In this document: piece after piece, positions 8,456-17,253 of the stretch | Position numbering within the stretch: position 1 is the first letter of the stretch | Layout of the letters: every line of letters begins with the position of its first letter | Assembly: GCA_036273675.1 (NCBI GenBank) | Contig: DASUHD010000179.1 | Span: 1 to 36,338, forward strand | DNA length: 36,338 nt | Source of the DNA: Ktedonobacterales bacterium | GTDB taxonomy: Bacteria > Chloroflexota > Ktedonobacteria > Ktedonobacterales > JADMIN01 | Direction: 5' to 3' | Position numbers and translations under genes: made by a program | The notes under the pieces: model-generated | The model's input: the letters and a program-made list of their open reading frames with translations, nothing else | Told to the model about the DNA's origin: nothing | The model's database searches: none

Positions 8456-9535
8456 TCAATCGGCGTCAGTCTTAGGGAGAAGCCGCATAAGCCACCCCGG
8501 CCTGCCCGCCAGATACGCCCCCAGCGCCACGACCAGACCAACGAACAGGCCAACGGCCAGCGTTCCCAGCAGGTTGGCCTGCACCAGCCCTGCCAGTGAC
8601 GCCACGAACTCACGCGCCGGGCTGGCCGTTATGGCGGCGGGGACATTGCCCAGGACGATCTGCGCCACCAGCATCGCTACGAGGAAGAGCGCGGCTGTCA
8701 CGCTTCCCAGCAGCAGCGTTTGCCGTCGGTCCGCCGCGAGCCAGAGGGTGAGTATCGCGAGCGCGATCGTCACGAGCGGCAGGACGATCTTCAGCGCGTC
8801 CAACAGGGAGACGATGCGTTGCGCCGTCTTGAGGGTATTGCTCTGAGCCAGCGTGATGACGCCAAAATCGGGCGCAAGCTGAACGCCCAGCGCCTGTGCA
8901 AGCTCCTGCCGCGCCTGGGCGGGATTTTGTGCGGTTGAGAGGTCGGGAATCGTGGCGCCGAATGGGATGAGGCCAGGAGCCGCCTGTTGCAGACGGCTCA
9001 GCGTCGCGGCGAGCACTGGCAGCAGGTCAACCGTCAACGCGCCGTTCGCGCTCCCAAGTGTGGAGGTTTGCCCCCGCAGCACCGCGACCAGCCCGGCGTG
9101 GACGCGGCGCACCTGCGCCTGCCAGAGCGCCTGCCCCTGGTCGCTGGCGAGGAAGTTCGCCGTCCGCGTCTGGACGAAGTCATGGACGACGCGCTCTAGC
9201 GGGCCAGTGAGAAACCGTCCGTCTACTGGCAGCGCGTTGGCCGTCCGGTTCTGGATGTCGAGCGCGGTGACGACCTGATCGGCGGCGTACTGGCTGACGC
9301 TCTTGATGACCTGGGGATCGCTCCCAAGTGGCGCGACCAACGACACGAACCGGTCCGTGTCGAGCATGGTTGCTTCGACCCAGATCACCAGGGTGCTCGC
9401 CAACACGCCGATGCACGTCAGAACGACCAGGACGACCGAGAGCCAGGCAGGCAACGTACGACGGCTTGTTGGGGCGCCGGAAGCGCGCGGGGTCGCCGCC
9501 TGCTGTTCCGGTTGATGCTCGCTCGCACCGGCCAT
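8456..9535 (-). CDS. hypothetical membrane protein (N-terminal TM, about 200-aa extracytoplasmic Q/A-rich domain, C-terminal TM bundle)
   Basis: 359 aa. RBS GGAGGTGTGGC precedes the ATG at 9535. Hydrophobic segments at about 30-55 and 250-340. An internal region (9032-9197) is duplicated at 7021-7187. Confidence 0.65.
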   Translation of the reverse strand: MAGASEHQPEQQAATPRASGAPTSRRTLPAWLSVVLVVLTCIGVLASTLVIWVEATMLDTDRFVSLVAPLGSDPQVIKSVSQYAADQVVTALDIQNRTANALPVDGRFLTGPLERVVHDFVQTRTANFLASDQGQALWQAQVRRVHAGLVAVLRGQTSTLGSANGALTVDLLPVLAATLSRLQQAAPGLIPFGATIPDLSTAQNPAQARQELAQALGVQLAPDFGVITLAQSNTLKTAQRIVSLLDALKIVLPLVTIALAILTLWLAADRRQTLLLGSVTAALFLVAMLVAQIVLGNVPAAITASPAREFVASLAGLVQANLLGTLAVGLFVGLVVALGAYLAGRPGWLMRLLPKTDAD

Positions 9536-9604
9536 GCCACACCTCCGACGAGTCAGCGGAATGTCAGGCGCTCGCGGTGGGTGCGGTGATTGCCATCCGC
9601 GTGA

Positions 9605-10318
9605 CTACGGTTGTATGGCTGGCTCCGCCCCTGCCGGAGGCGTCGAAGGGACCCCCATGTTGGGCGCATAGGTTCCTGTCCGCTCGGGCCAGTTCGGCTC
9701 CAGATTGTACCGCTCGGGCAGGAGTATTTGTACGGCGGCGCCAAACCCGGCGATCACCAGGAAGACCAGCCCCCAGAACCACGAATCGCGTAAAAACGCG
9801 CCGACGACACCCCATTGCAGCGATTGCAGCGGGATGCGACCGATTGCGAGCAGAATCCCTGTCAGGATCATGCTTGCCCCAAGCAGCGCGGTCAGCGCGA
9901 TCACGACCAACCGTGGCACGTTGAGGAGTACGACCAGGGCGCAGAGACCCACGGCCACGACAAGCCCAACGATGAAGAGCACGAAGCCCGTGGTGACGCC
10001 TAACCCCGCCAGGAATCCAGTTACGAGTTCATAGGCAAACGCCCCGGCCAGCACGACGACCGCCCCATAATAGAAGAAGTAGGCAATCACCGCGGAGAAG
10101 ATGCCGACGACGAAGCCGAAGACCCAGCCGCTGATGGTGGCCAGGAAGCCCCCGCCGAATAGCCCCTGAATGGCCTGGGCGGTGACCACGAAGCCACCGA
10201 AGAAGCCGATGATTGGCAGCACCAGGACGAAGACCCGGAAACCAGCGAAGCAGAGCGCCAGCCCGATGAGGATCTGCAACAGGGCCGCGAAGACGATCTG
10301 GAAGAACATGTCTCTCAC
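9605..10318 (-). CDS. polytopic membrane protein (about 7 TM; DUF4203/TM7S3-like, tentative)
   Basis: 237 aa, almost entirely hydrophobic, Gly/Phe-rich helices. RBS GGGGGTGAGAG. Family assignment from memory is uncertain. Confidence 0.6.
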   Translation of the reverse strand: MRDMFFQIVFAALLQILIGLALCFAGFRVFVLVLPIIGFFGGFVVTAQAIQGLFGGGFLATISGWVFGFVVGIFSAVIAYFFYYGAVVVLAGAFAYELVTGFLAGLGVTTGFVLFIVGLVVAVGLCALVVLLNVPRLVVIALTALLGASMILTGILLAIGRIPLQSLQWGVVGAFLRDSWFWGLVFLVIAGFGAAVQILLPERYNLEPNWPERTGTYAPNMGVPSTPPAGAEPAIQP

Positions 10319-10400
10319 CCCCCAAATAGAGTATCTAGGGGCATCTGGCGCGTGTGTGCGCTAGTGACCAGACGCCCCATTTTGATCCGCTGCATGATCG

Positions 10401-11360
10401 CTATCCGAAGAGCTTGCCACCAGTGAGCTGATTGACGACCGTTTTCATGCGATTCGAGGAGATGGCGAAACCGATGCCATTAGCCGCGACTCCGGTCGAA
10501 GGCTCGACCGCCGCCAGCGTCGGGATACCGATCAGCTGCCCCTTGAAGTTGACCAGCGCCCCACCGCTATTGCCCGGATTGATCGGCGCGCTCGTCTGGA
10601 TGAGGCCGGTAATCGTGAAGCGCTTGCCATCTACCATCTCAGCCGCCTGGCGATTGAGCGCGCTGATGATACCGGACGTGGCCGATTGTTCGAGTCCCAG
10701 CGGGCTGCCGACCGCGAGGGCAAACTCGCCGACAACCACCTCACTGGAATCGCCAACCGCTATCGGCTTGAGGTCGGTCGCATTGACCTTCAGCACCGCC
10801 AGGTCTTCGGATGGCGCCTCGCCGATCAGCGTGGCGGGGATCTGCTGACCATTCGCCAGCAGCACAGTGTAGGTGGAGAGGCCGTGAACGACATGGCTGT
10901 TGGTCACGATGTAGCCGTCGGAGGTGAGGATCTCGCCCGACCCAACACTTCCGCCCGTGAGGCCGCCGCGCCCCTGTATCTGCACGACCGAGGGATCGAC
11001 GCTACGGATGACGTTGATAGTGGCCGCCTCGATGTCCGTGCCGGAGGGGGCCGACGATGTGGATGCGCCGGTGTTCCTCCCGGTTAACGTCCCCAGCCCA
11101 AAGATGAGCCCGAAGAGCACTGCCGCGCCGAGGGCAATCCAGAGCGGCCGCCAGGAATGGCGGTGCTCCGCGCGTTGGGCGGCCTGCGATGGCGCGTATG
11201 GCGTAGTTGTCGGTGGCGTGGCTTGGGTGGCTTGTGGCGTAATGGGTGGCGTGGTCGGAGGGTTTGCGCTGGTAACAGGCATACCGTTCACTGGCATATT
11301 CGTAGAAGCGGGAGAAGTTGGAACGTTGGAGGCGCGTGGATCCCTGGTATTGTCTTGCAT
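10401..11360 (-). CDS. trypsin-like serine protease, HtrA/DegP (S1C) family, without PDZ domain
   Basis: 319 aa. Pro/Thr-rich N-terminal linker plus a TM helix, then a protease core with a plausible catalytic triad (TNSHVV, DLAVLK, and the Ser motif TSAPINPGNSGGALVNFKGQLIGI). RBS CAGGAGCC. Confidence 0.85.
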   Translation of the reverse strand: MQDNTRDPRASNVPTSPASTNMPVNGMPVTSANPPTTPPITPQATQATPPTTTPYAPSQAAQRAEHRHSWRPLWIALGAAVLFGLIFGLGTLTGRNTGASTSSAPSGTDIEAATINVIRSVDPSVVQIQGRGGLTGGSVGSGEILTSDGYIVTNSHVVHGLSTYTVLLANGQQIPATLIGEAPSEDLAVLKVNATDLKPIAVGDSSEVVVGEFALAVGSPLGLEQSATSGIISALNRQAAEMVDGKRFTITGLIQTSAPINPGNSGGALVNFKGQLIGIPTLAAVEPSTGVAANGIGFAISSNRMKTVVNQLTGGKLFG

Positions 11361-11926
11361 ATACTGGCTCCTGGCTTGGCTCCTGGCCGGGACGTTCTGC
11401 AGCCTCCTCAGCGTTGCCTCACAGCGCGGACTCCAGAAAGCCCTGTTGAATGACAGTCTGTGGCTCTACAGGTGAAGGTACCCCGACGCCTCACACATGA
11501 TGGAGCATCACGCATGAGGCGTCGGGCAGATACGCAGACATCGCTGGCCATAGTGTACGAGACGGTGGCGCCTCTTCCACCGTCTGCCGGGTGAGTCCCT
11601 ACGAGGTGTTTTGTTGCTGTCCAAAGTAACGACGCGCGCCTATCCCGGGGGAGAGCATCGACATGGCGCCTGTGTCACTGATTCGACGGGTTGGGCGCTC
11701 GTGATCGCCTGTTGTGGCGCACGCTCACCCTGGAGGGAGGATAGCGCCTCACCTCGACATCTCACCTCAGGCATGAAGTTCATACCCAAGATTCGGGCCT
11801 ATACTTGGTTTATGCTGGTTGGATTCTGGGGGATTTCAGTGTCGAGTCCGCATCTGTCGACGCTGGGTTACGGCCTGGCGCGTTGACCGAACCGTCCCGT
11901 ATGCACGCCAAAGGAGAAGGAATGAC

Positions 11927-12502
11927 ATGAGCGATCTGGTTGCCATCACCTACCCGGATATCAATCAGGCTCAGAAAACACTCGATACGCTGAAGCGTAT
12001 GGTGGTCGAGCACCTACTCGACCTGGATGATGCCGTCTGTGTCACCAAGGATAGCAATAGCGCAATCGATCTGCATCAGATGATCAACCTGCCCGCGGCT
12101 GGCGCGGCGACTGGCGGCGCGACTGGCGCGCTCTGGGGAACGCTGATCGGCCTGCTCTTCCTCTCGCCACTCGCGGGCGCGGCCATTGGGGCGGCAGTTG
12201 GCGCTGGCACGGGCGCCATTGCGGGGAAGATGAGCGACTATGGCATTGACGATAATTTCGTCAAAGAGCTGACGGCCCATATGCCGCCGAATAGCTCGGC
12301 CATCTTCGTGCTGGTGCGCAATGTGACGGTAGACAAGGTGGTCCCGGAGATCAGCAAATATGGTGGCACGGTGCTGCGCACCTCGCTCTCGGACGACGCG
12401 GAAGAGCGCCTGCGGGCAGCGCTTGCGCAGCGATCAACCGCTGGCGCGCCGCCCGTCGCGATGCCACCGACGGCCACCGATGCGCCTTCGCAGCAGGCGT
12501 AA
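11927..12502 (+). CDS. DUF1269-family membrane protein (glycine-zipper)
   Basis: An internal Met is preceded by RBS GGAGAAGG. It has the glycine-zipper AAGAATGGATGALWGTLIGLLF..AGAAIGAAVGAGTGAIAG flanked by soluble halves, the typical DUF1269 layout. The ORF upstream of 11927 looks non-coding. Confidence 0.7.
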   Translation: MSDLVAITYPDINQAQKTLDTLKRMVVEHLLDLDDAVCVTKDSNSAIDLHQMINLPAAGAATGGATGALWGTLIGLLFLSPLAGAAIGAAVGAGTGAIAGKMSDYGIDDNFVKELTAHMPPNSSAIFVLVRNVTVDKVVPEISKYGGTVLRTSLSDDAEERLRAALAQRSTAGAPPVAMPPTATDAPSQQA

Positions 12503-12620
12503 GCCCACCTGAAGACGGCATAAACAACATGGGAGGCATCGTACAGCGCGATGCCTCCTGCGAATACTAGCAGCCGCGTATCTCAAATATGCGCCCTGCC
12601 AAACGATTGCGAGGCCCGAG

Positions 12621-13052
12621 ATGGGACTTGGACCGGTCGAATACGTCATGATCGAGTTTCCGAGCACGACCGCGATTGGCGACATCGAGCCTGCGCTTCA
12701 GGAACTGGTGTCCTCAGGAACCGTCCGCATTATCGACCTGATATTTATCAGAAAAGACGCGGATTGTCACGTCCAGGCGTTGGAGGTTGACCAGCTCGAT
12801 AGCGTCAGCGCTCATCGATATGAGGAACTTGACGCCGAGATCGACGACCTGGTGAATATGGAGGACATCGCAATTGCGGCGGCGGAATTGTCGCCTGATA
12901 GCATCGCGGCAGTGCTGGTCTGGGAGGACGCCTGGGCCAAACGGTTCGCGGAGGCGATGCGGGCGGCAGGCGGGCGCATGGTAGAAAACGAGCGGATCCC
13001 CAGCGCCGTCGTCGAAGCGGCGATGCGGGCAAGCGTGGGAGCGGACGCGTAG
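12621..13052 (+). CDS. DUF6325-like conserved protein (paralog of the partial CDS at 1-491)
   Basis: 143 aa. Homologous over its full length to the window-edge CDS. The name is recalled from actinobacterial annotations, where this family sits next to SHOCT-domain genes. This matches the neighbourhood here. Confidence 0.65.
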   Translation: MGLGPVEYVMIEFPSTTAIGDIEPALQELVSSGTVRIIDLIFIRKDADCHVQALEVDQLDSVSAHRYEELDAEIDDLVNMEDIAIAAAELSPDSIAAVLVWEDAWAKRFAEAMRAAGGRMVENERIPSAVVEAAMRASVGADA

Positions 13053-13086
13053 AGCATGCGCGGCGATAGAGAGGACGAACCCGGCT

Positions 13087-13464
13087 ATGATGCGACGACG
13101 TGGAGCAGTAGGACGGCGCGGTCCTGGCCTGCTTGGGACAATGGCGCAAACCGCGGTAATCGCGGGAACGGCTACGGCGGTCTCCAAAGGGGTCAGCGGC
13201 TCGATGGATCAACGTGCCGCGCAACAACAAGCGGCGCAGCAACAGCAGCAACAGACGGCGTTTGACGCGGGCTTCCAGCAGGCTCAAGCTCAGCAAACGC
13301 AGCAGGCGCAGGCTGCTCGGGCCGCACAGACCGCTGGCCCGGCCACGAACACCGACGCGATGATCTCGCAATTGCAGCAGTTGGCCGAGCTACAGAATCT
13401 GGGAATACTGACGCCCGACGAATTTGCCCAGCAAAAGGCGAGGATTTTGGCAAACGCGAGCTGA
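13087..13464 (+). CDS. SHOCT-domain protein
   Basis: 125 aa. C-terminal ISQLQQLAELQNLGILTPDEFAQQKARIL matches the short C-terminal SHOCT motif. Weak N-terminal hydrophobic segment and a Gln-rich linker. RBS GAGGACGAA. Confidence 0.7.
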   Translation: MMRRRGAVGRRGPGLLGTMAQTAVIAGTATAVSKGVSGSMDQRAAQQQAAQQQQQQTAFDAGFQQAQAQQTQQAQAARAAQTAGPATNTDAMISQLQQLAELQNLGILTPDEFAQQKARILANAS

Positions 13465-13637
13465 CGGGCCTCTCGCTCTGGTTCTGGTTCCCCCTCCCAC
13501 TTCAGGGGGCTGGCGCGCGAGGCGAGGATACGAGCCTCGGAGCACGCGACAAGCGTGCGTAGCGCCAGCAGCCTGCAGGGCGGAGGTCAGGGGGAGAAGG
13601 CAGTCGCCAGAGGCGGACCCCTTCCGGCCTTCGGCCA

Positions 13638-13665
13638 CCCTCCCCCAGCTTATGCTGGGGGAGGG
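13638..13665. terminator. perfect 12-bp-stem GC hairpin (CCCTCCCCCAGC-TTAT-GCTGGGGGAGGG) in a convergent spacer; probable bidirectional terminator / member of a GC-rich repeat family
   Basis: Exact inverted repeat read directly from the sequence. It sits between convergent stops at 13464 (+) and 13788 (-). No U-tract, as is usual for high-GC taxa. Confidence 0.5.
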
Positions 13666-13787
13666 ACTAGGCGACCAGTGCGGCGGGTGGCGACAGAGAT
13701 TCTCTGCCTCTGGTCTCCCCTCCCCTCGGAGGAGTGGGGCTGGGGGTGAGGTCTCGCTGGATACCTCAAGACGGTATTGGCCGCCTG

Positions 13788-15053
13788 CTAGGTCGTGGCA
13801 AGCGGGATGGTGAACCAGAAGGTCGAGCCTTCGCCCAGCACGCTTTCGAGCCCAACCCTGCCCCCCATCTGTTCGACCAACTGGCGACAGATGAACAGGC
13901 CAACGCCAAGCCCCTCGGCGCTATAGCTGCTGGACCCGCTAGTGCGGTAAAAGCGCTCCCACACGCGCTGCTGACTCTCTGGGGCGATGCCGATGCCGTG
14001 ATCGCAGACGGCGATTCGCGCCTCGCCGTCGCCGCGCTCCAGCCGTACCTCGACTGGCTGGACGTTTGGCGAATACCTCAACGCATTGGAGAGATAGTTG
14101 CTAACCACCTGGGTGACCCTATCCGCATCGGCAACTACAGGAACAGCCTCCGTAGGTGATTCCAGATGGATGATCCGCCGCCGCCACACCAGGCGCTGGC
14201 CAGCAACCGTGTCATGCACGATTTCACCAAGGTCGCACCGCACCGTATGCGTCTCAGCGACGCCGACGCGAATGCGGGTCATATCGGCAAGATCGGAGAG
14301 CAGGCGCTCCGCCATGTTGGCATTGCGGTCGGCCAACGCGAGCGCCGTTGTCGCGCGCGCGACATGCGCCGATGTGGAGTCGCTGGCAACCATGCGGCTG
14401 TCCGCCACCCGTTTGAGCTGGCGCTGGGCGATCTGCGCGCCGAGTTTCATCGTGGTGAGCGGCCCACGCAGCTCGTGGACGATCTGCATGAGCGCCGCCT
14501 CGGTGTTTTCGCTATCCCGGCGGAGCTGCCCTACGGTGTTGGCCCAGGCCTCGCGCTCGTCCATCAGGCGCCCATGATCGAGCGCCAGCGCAACCAGATG
14601 CGCCAGCGCGCGTGTCCTCAAGAGGACATCTGGCATGACGCCCTTGCCAAACCGGAACTCGACAATCAACGCGCCCAGCCGTCGCTCGCTGACCAGCAGC
14701 GGCAGCGCCAGGCGGACGACTCTGCGGGTGGTAGAGTCGGGAATAAAGGTGTCATCGCCCTCACGAACTGCATGCAGCCCCGTCGAACGAGAGCGGGAGA
14801 TGGACTCATTGCCCGCCTCGAGATCGGGAATGTCGGCGCTTAGCTGCTTCCACCAGGCGGATACGCGGCCCGGAGCAACGCCAGCCGTGGCGACCAGGCG
14901 TGGCCGTCTGGCGCGCTCTGCGCGCAAAACGATTCCTACGGTCTCGCAGTAGAGGGTGTAGCGGACCAGATTGGCAAGCCACGTTGCGAGGCCAGTCTCG
15001 TCGCGCCAATCGTCGGCGCCAACCAGTGTTGTCTGGCGAGGATTGGTGGGCAT
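13788..15053 (-). CDS. GAF-domain sensor histidine kinase (HisKA + HATPase_c)
   Basis: H-box IVHELRGPLTTM. N/G1/G2 boxes SNYLSNALRYS, DHGIGI, GLGVGLFICRQLVEQMGGRVGLES. The N-terminal approximately 150 aa is GAF-like. Start chosen at MPTNPRQ (15053; RBS GGGAGGGA); 15107 is an alternative. Confidence 0.85.
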   Translation of the reverse strand: MPTNPRQTTLVGADDWRDETGLATWLANLVRYTLYCETVGIVLRAERARRPRLVATAGVAPGRVSAWWKQLSADIPDLEAGNESISRSRSTGLHAVREGDDTFIPDSTTRRVVRLALPLLVSERRLGALIVEFRFGKGVMPDVLLRTRALAHLVALALDHGRLMDEREAWANTVGQLRRDSENTEAALMQIVHELRGPLTTMKLGAQIAQRQLKRVADSRMVASDSTSAHVARATTALALADRNANMAERLLSDLADMTRIRVGVAETHTVRCDLGEIVHDTVAGQRLVWRRRIIHLESPTEAVPVVADADRVTQVVSNYLSNALRYSPNVQPVEVRLERGDGEARIAVCDHGIGIAPESQQRVWERFYRTSGSSSYSAEGLGVGLFICRQLVEQMGGRVGLESVLGEGSTFWFTIPLATT

Positions 15054-15879
15054 GGCAAAACCTGTCCCTCCCTGTACCCATCGTTCCTGGTCTCTGCTCG
15101 CATGCATACCACACCTCCCGGGGTTGATCGTTAGAGGGGCCAGTCCGCGTACACGGTATGACGGTGAACGCGCGAAGGAGGCACGTCGCGGCGCTCGATG
15201 AGGATGCGCCCAACGCTGTCCCTGCTCCGCGGCCAGAGCTTCTCGCTACAGCGCGCCACTTCAGCCGAAGGGAAGCTCCCGCCGCACTGCTCACTCTAAA
15301 ACGAGAATCGCTGCTCCGCATGCGCCTAAGGTTGCAAAACTGAAGTGGCGGGTTATTGCGAGAAAAACCCTTATGGTGATGCCGTTGCATGTGATACAGT
15401 AGAGACTACACCTTAGTTTGTCACAGGAAAACAGCCTGTTTGCATGTACTAACAGGATCAACGTACAACCATCTTGACAGCATTCCTTCTATACCTGTGC
15501 GTCGACTGGCCAGGCCAATAGATGGCAAATGGTATCCATGGGGGAAATTCTCGGCAGGCAGAGTGGTCGCGCAACGTGTTGTATGGGTGTAGATGTTCGG
15601 AGGAAGGCGGCGCTGCGTCGCGAAGGTGTAGATGTATCTGGCTGAGTGCGTTTGACGTTCCTCATGATAACGTGGCGTGACAAGGTGGTGTATGTGGCGC
15701 CGGTCAGGGGTGGTGTGGGCTGGGGTATTGGCGAACCCGCGGGGCCGAGCGTAGGACCGTACGGTATGCGACAGCGGCTTCTTCGAACCTTCGCAGTTGG
15801 ATGAGGCCCATACATTCGCTCGAACGAGCGCGACCCCAAGGATCATCGCGACAGTGCCCCACCACGAAAGAGGCGGATG

Positions 15880-16527
15880 ATGGTGCGAATCCTGGTGGCG
15901 GAAGACCATGAAGTCATGCGGCGTGGCCTGCGTGATTTACTCCTGGAACACCAGGGATGGGAGGTGTGCGGGGAGGCGCGCAATGGGCGTGATGCGCTCG
16001 ATCTCGCCGTCCAGTTGCACCCCGATGTCGCCGTGGTTGATATCGCCATGCCACTGCTCAACGGCCTGCAAGCTACACGCCACATTCGCAAGCAATCGCC
16101 TGATACCGAGGTGCTCATTTTTACCCAGTACGAGAGCGGCCAATACGTGCAAGAGGCGCTTCGTGTGGGCGCGCATGGATACATCCTCAAGTCCGACGCG
16201 GCATTGCATCTCATGGACGCAGTCGAGGCGCTTGCCAGACACGAGCCGTTCTTCTCGCCGAGCATCTCGAAAACGATCCTGAGCACATTCTTGAACACGG
16301 AAGAGCAGAAACATGACGAAGAGGCGTTATCCACGCTGACGGCGCGCGAGCACGAGGTGATGCTGATGCTTGCGCAGGGCAAGAAGAACCGCGATGTGGC
16401 TGATGTCCTGATTATTGCCCCAAATACCGTCATCACCTATCGCGCCAAAATCATGAAAAAGCTGGGCGTTTCTTCCATTGCGGGGCTAATTCTCTTTGCC
16501 GCGCGTAACAAGCTGATTGTATTCTGA
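15880..16527 (+). CDS. NarL/FixJ-family response regulator (REC + LuxR-type HTH)
   Basis: RILVAEDHEVMRRGLRDLL...DVAVVDIAMPLLNG (REC with phospho-Asp) and a C-terminal LuxR HTH (LTAREHEVMLMLAQGKKNRDVADVL...TVITYRAKIMKKLGV). RBS AAAGAGGCGG. Confidence 0.9.
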   Translation: MVRILVAEDHEVMRRGLRDLLLEHQGWEVCGEARNGRDALDLAVQLHPDVAVVDIAMPLLNGLQATRHIRKQSPDTEVLIFTQYESGQYVQEALRVGAHGYILKSDAALHLMDAVEALARHEPFFSPSISKTILSTFLNTEEQKHDEEALSTLTAREHEVMLMLAQGKKNRDVADVLIIAPNTVITYRAKIMKKLGVSSIAGLILFAARNKLIVF

Positions 16528-17045
16528 AGATGTAGGCGAGACACGTGGTATACGCAATATCGTGTAACGAGCATGCAAAATTGTCCTCCACCCATACTAT
16601 GGAAATCGACATAAAAGTACTACAAAAGCGGTATAGAAGTTCCAGTTCACTGGTGCTATAGTACTGGTGCGCTCACGAGGCGCCGATACCTTTGTGCAAG
16701 GGCATCGTCGCTCCTCCGTCGAATGGCTAACGTACCTGGTATAACAGTGCGTCAGGTGTGTCAATCGACAATGCGTCTAATGCCTTAGTCTTATCGGTTA
16801 ACCCCCTCCCAGGGCGCCAGTTCTCGGCGTTCGCGTACCATCATCGGGTACCCCTGGGAGAGATTCACAGGCCGTCGCAAGGGTCCTGGAACAGCCACAC
16901 CTGTGGCAATAGTAGCACAAGAGCCTGGAGAGTACTTCCCGCGCTTCCTTGTAATTGGATGGATCCCAACACTTACTCAGGACATGGGACGGAAGACGGG
17001 ATAGGATACAAGCGGTGATCGTCTCGCTGCCCCTACGGCAAAGAG

Positions 17046-17085
17046 ATGCTGAGAGATGCGGCGTCATGTCCGTATCTCTCAGCAT
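17046..17085. other. perfect 12-bp inverted repeat ATGCTGAGAGAT-(16 nt)-ATCTCTCAGCAT in the long 5' region of the LAL regulator gene
   Basis: Read directly from the sequence. Lies about 170 nt upstream of the 17254 start codon inside a 725-bp lower-GC noncoding stretch. Confidence 0.5.
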
Positions 17086-17253
17086 TGGCGAGGCGCTCGT
17101 TGTGGCGGCAGTTCATACGTCGTTGCGACCCAGCAAGCCGACGTAGCCGAGATGAGACTGCCGCGATGCTAGTACGGCGCTCGTGTGGTGGGACGCCGTA
17201 GCTGCTGACTCTCCTCCAGGAATCTCTGTGTTACCCAAGGGAGGAGACGAACC

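Noticed and set aside
8424-8846. 140-aa plus-strand ORF continuing past the REC remnant
   Set aside because: Different frame from the REC fragment and antisense to the well-supported 8456-9535 gene. The apparent Met-Pro after the REC stop codon is coincidental.
12805-13371. 188-aa minus-strand ORF rich in Arg/Leu/Pro
   Set aside because: Antisense to the DUF6325-like and SHOCT genes. Extreme Arg/Pro bias characteristic of spurious GC-frame ORFs.
16758-17085. 86-aa and 95-aa ORFs in the 725-bp spacer upstream of the LAL gene
   Set aside because: No RBS, odd composition, overlapping each other on opposite strands. The region is better treated as noncoding/structured.
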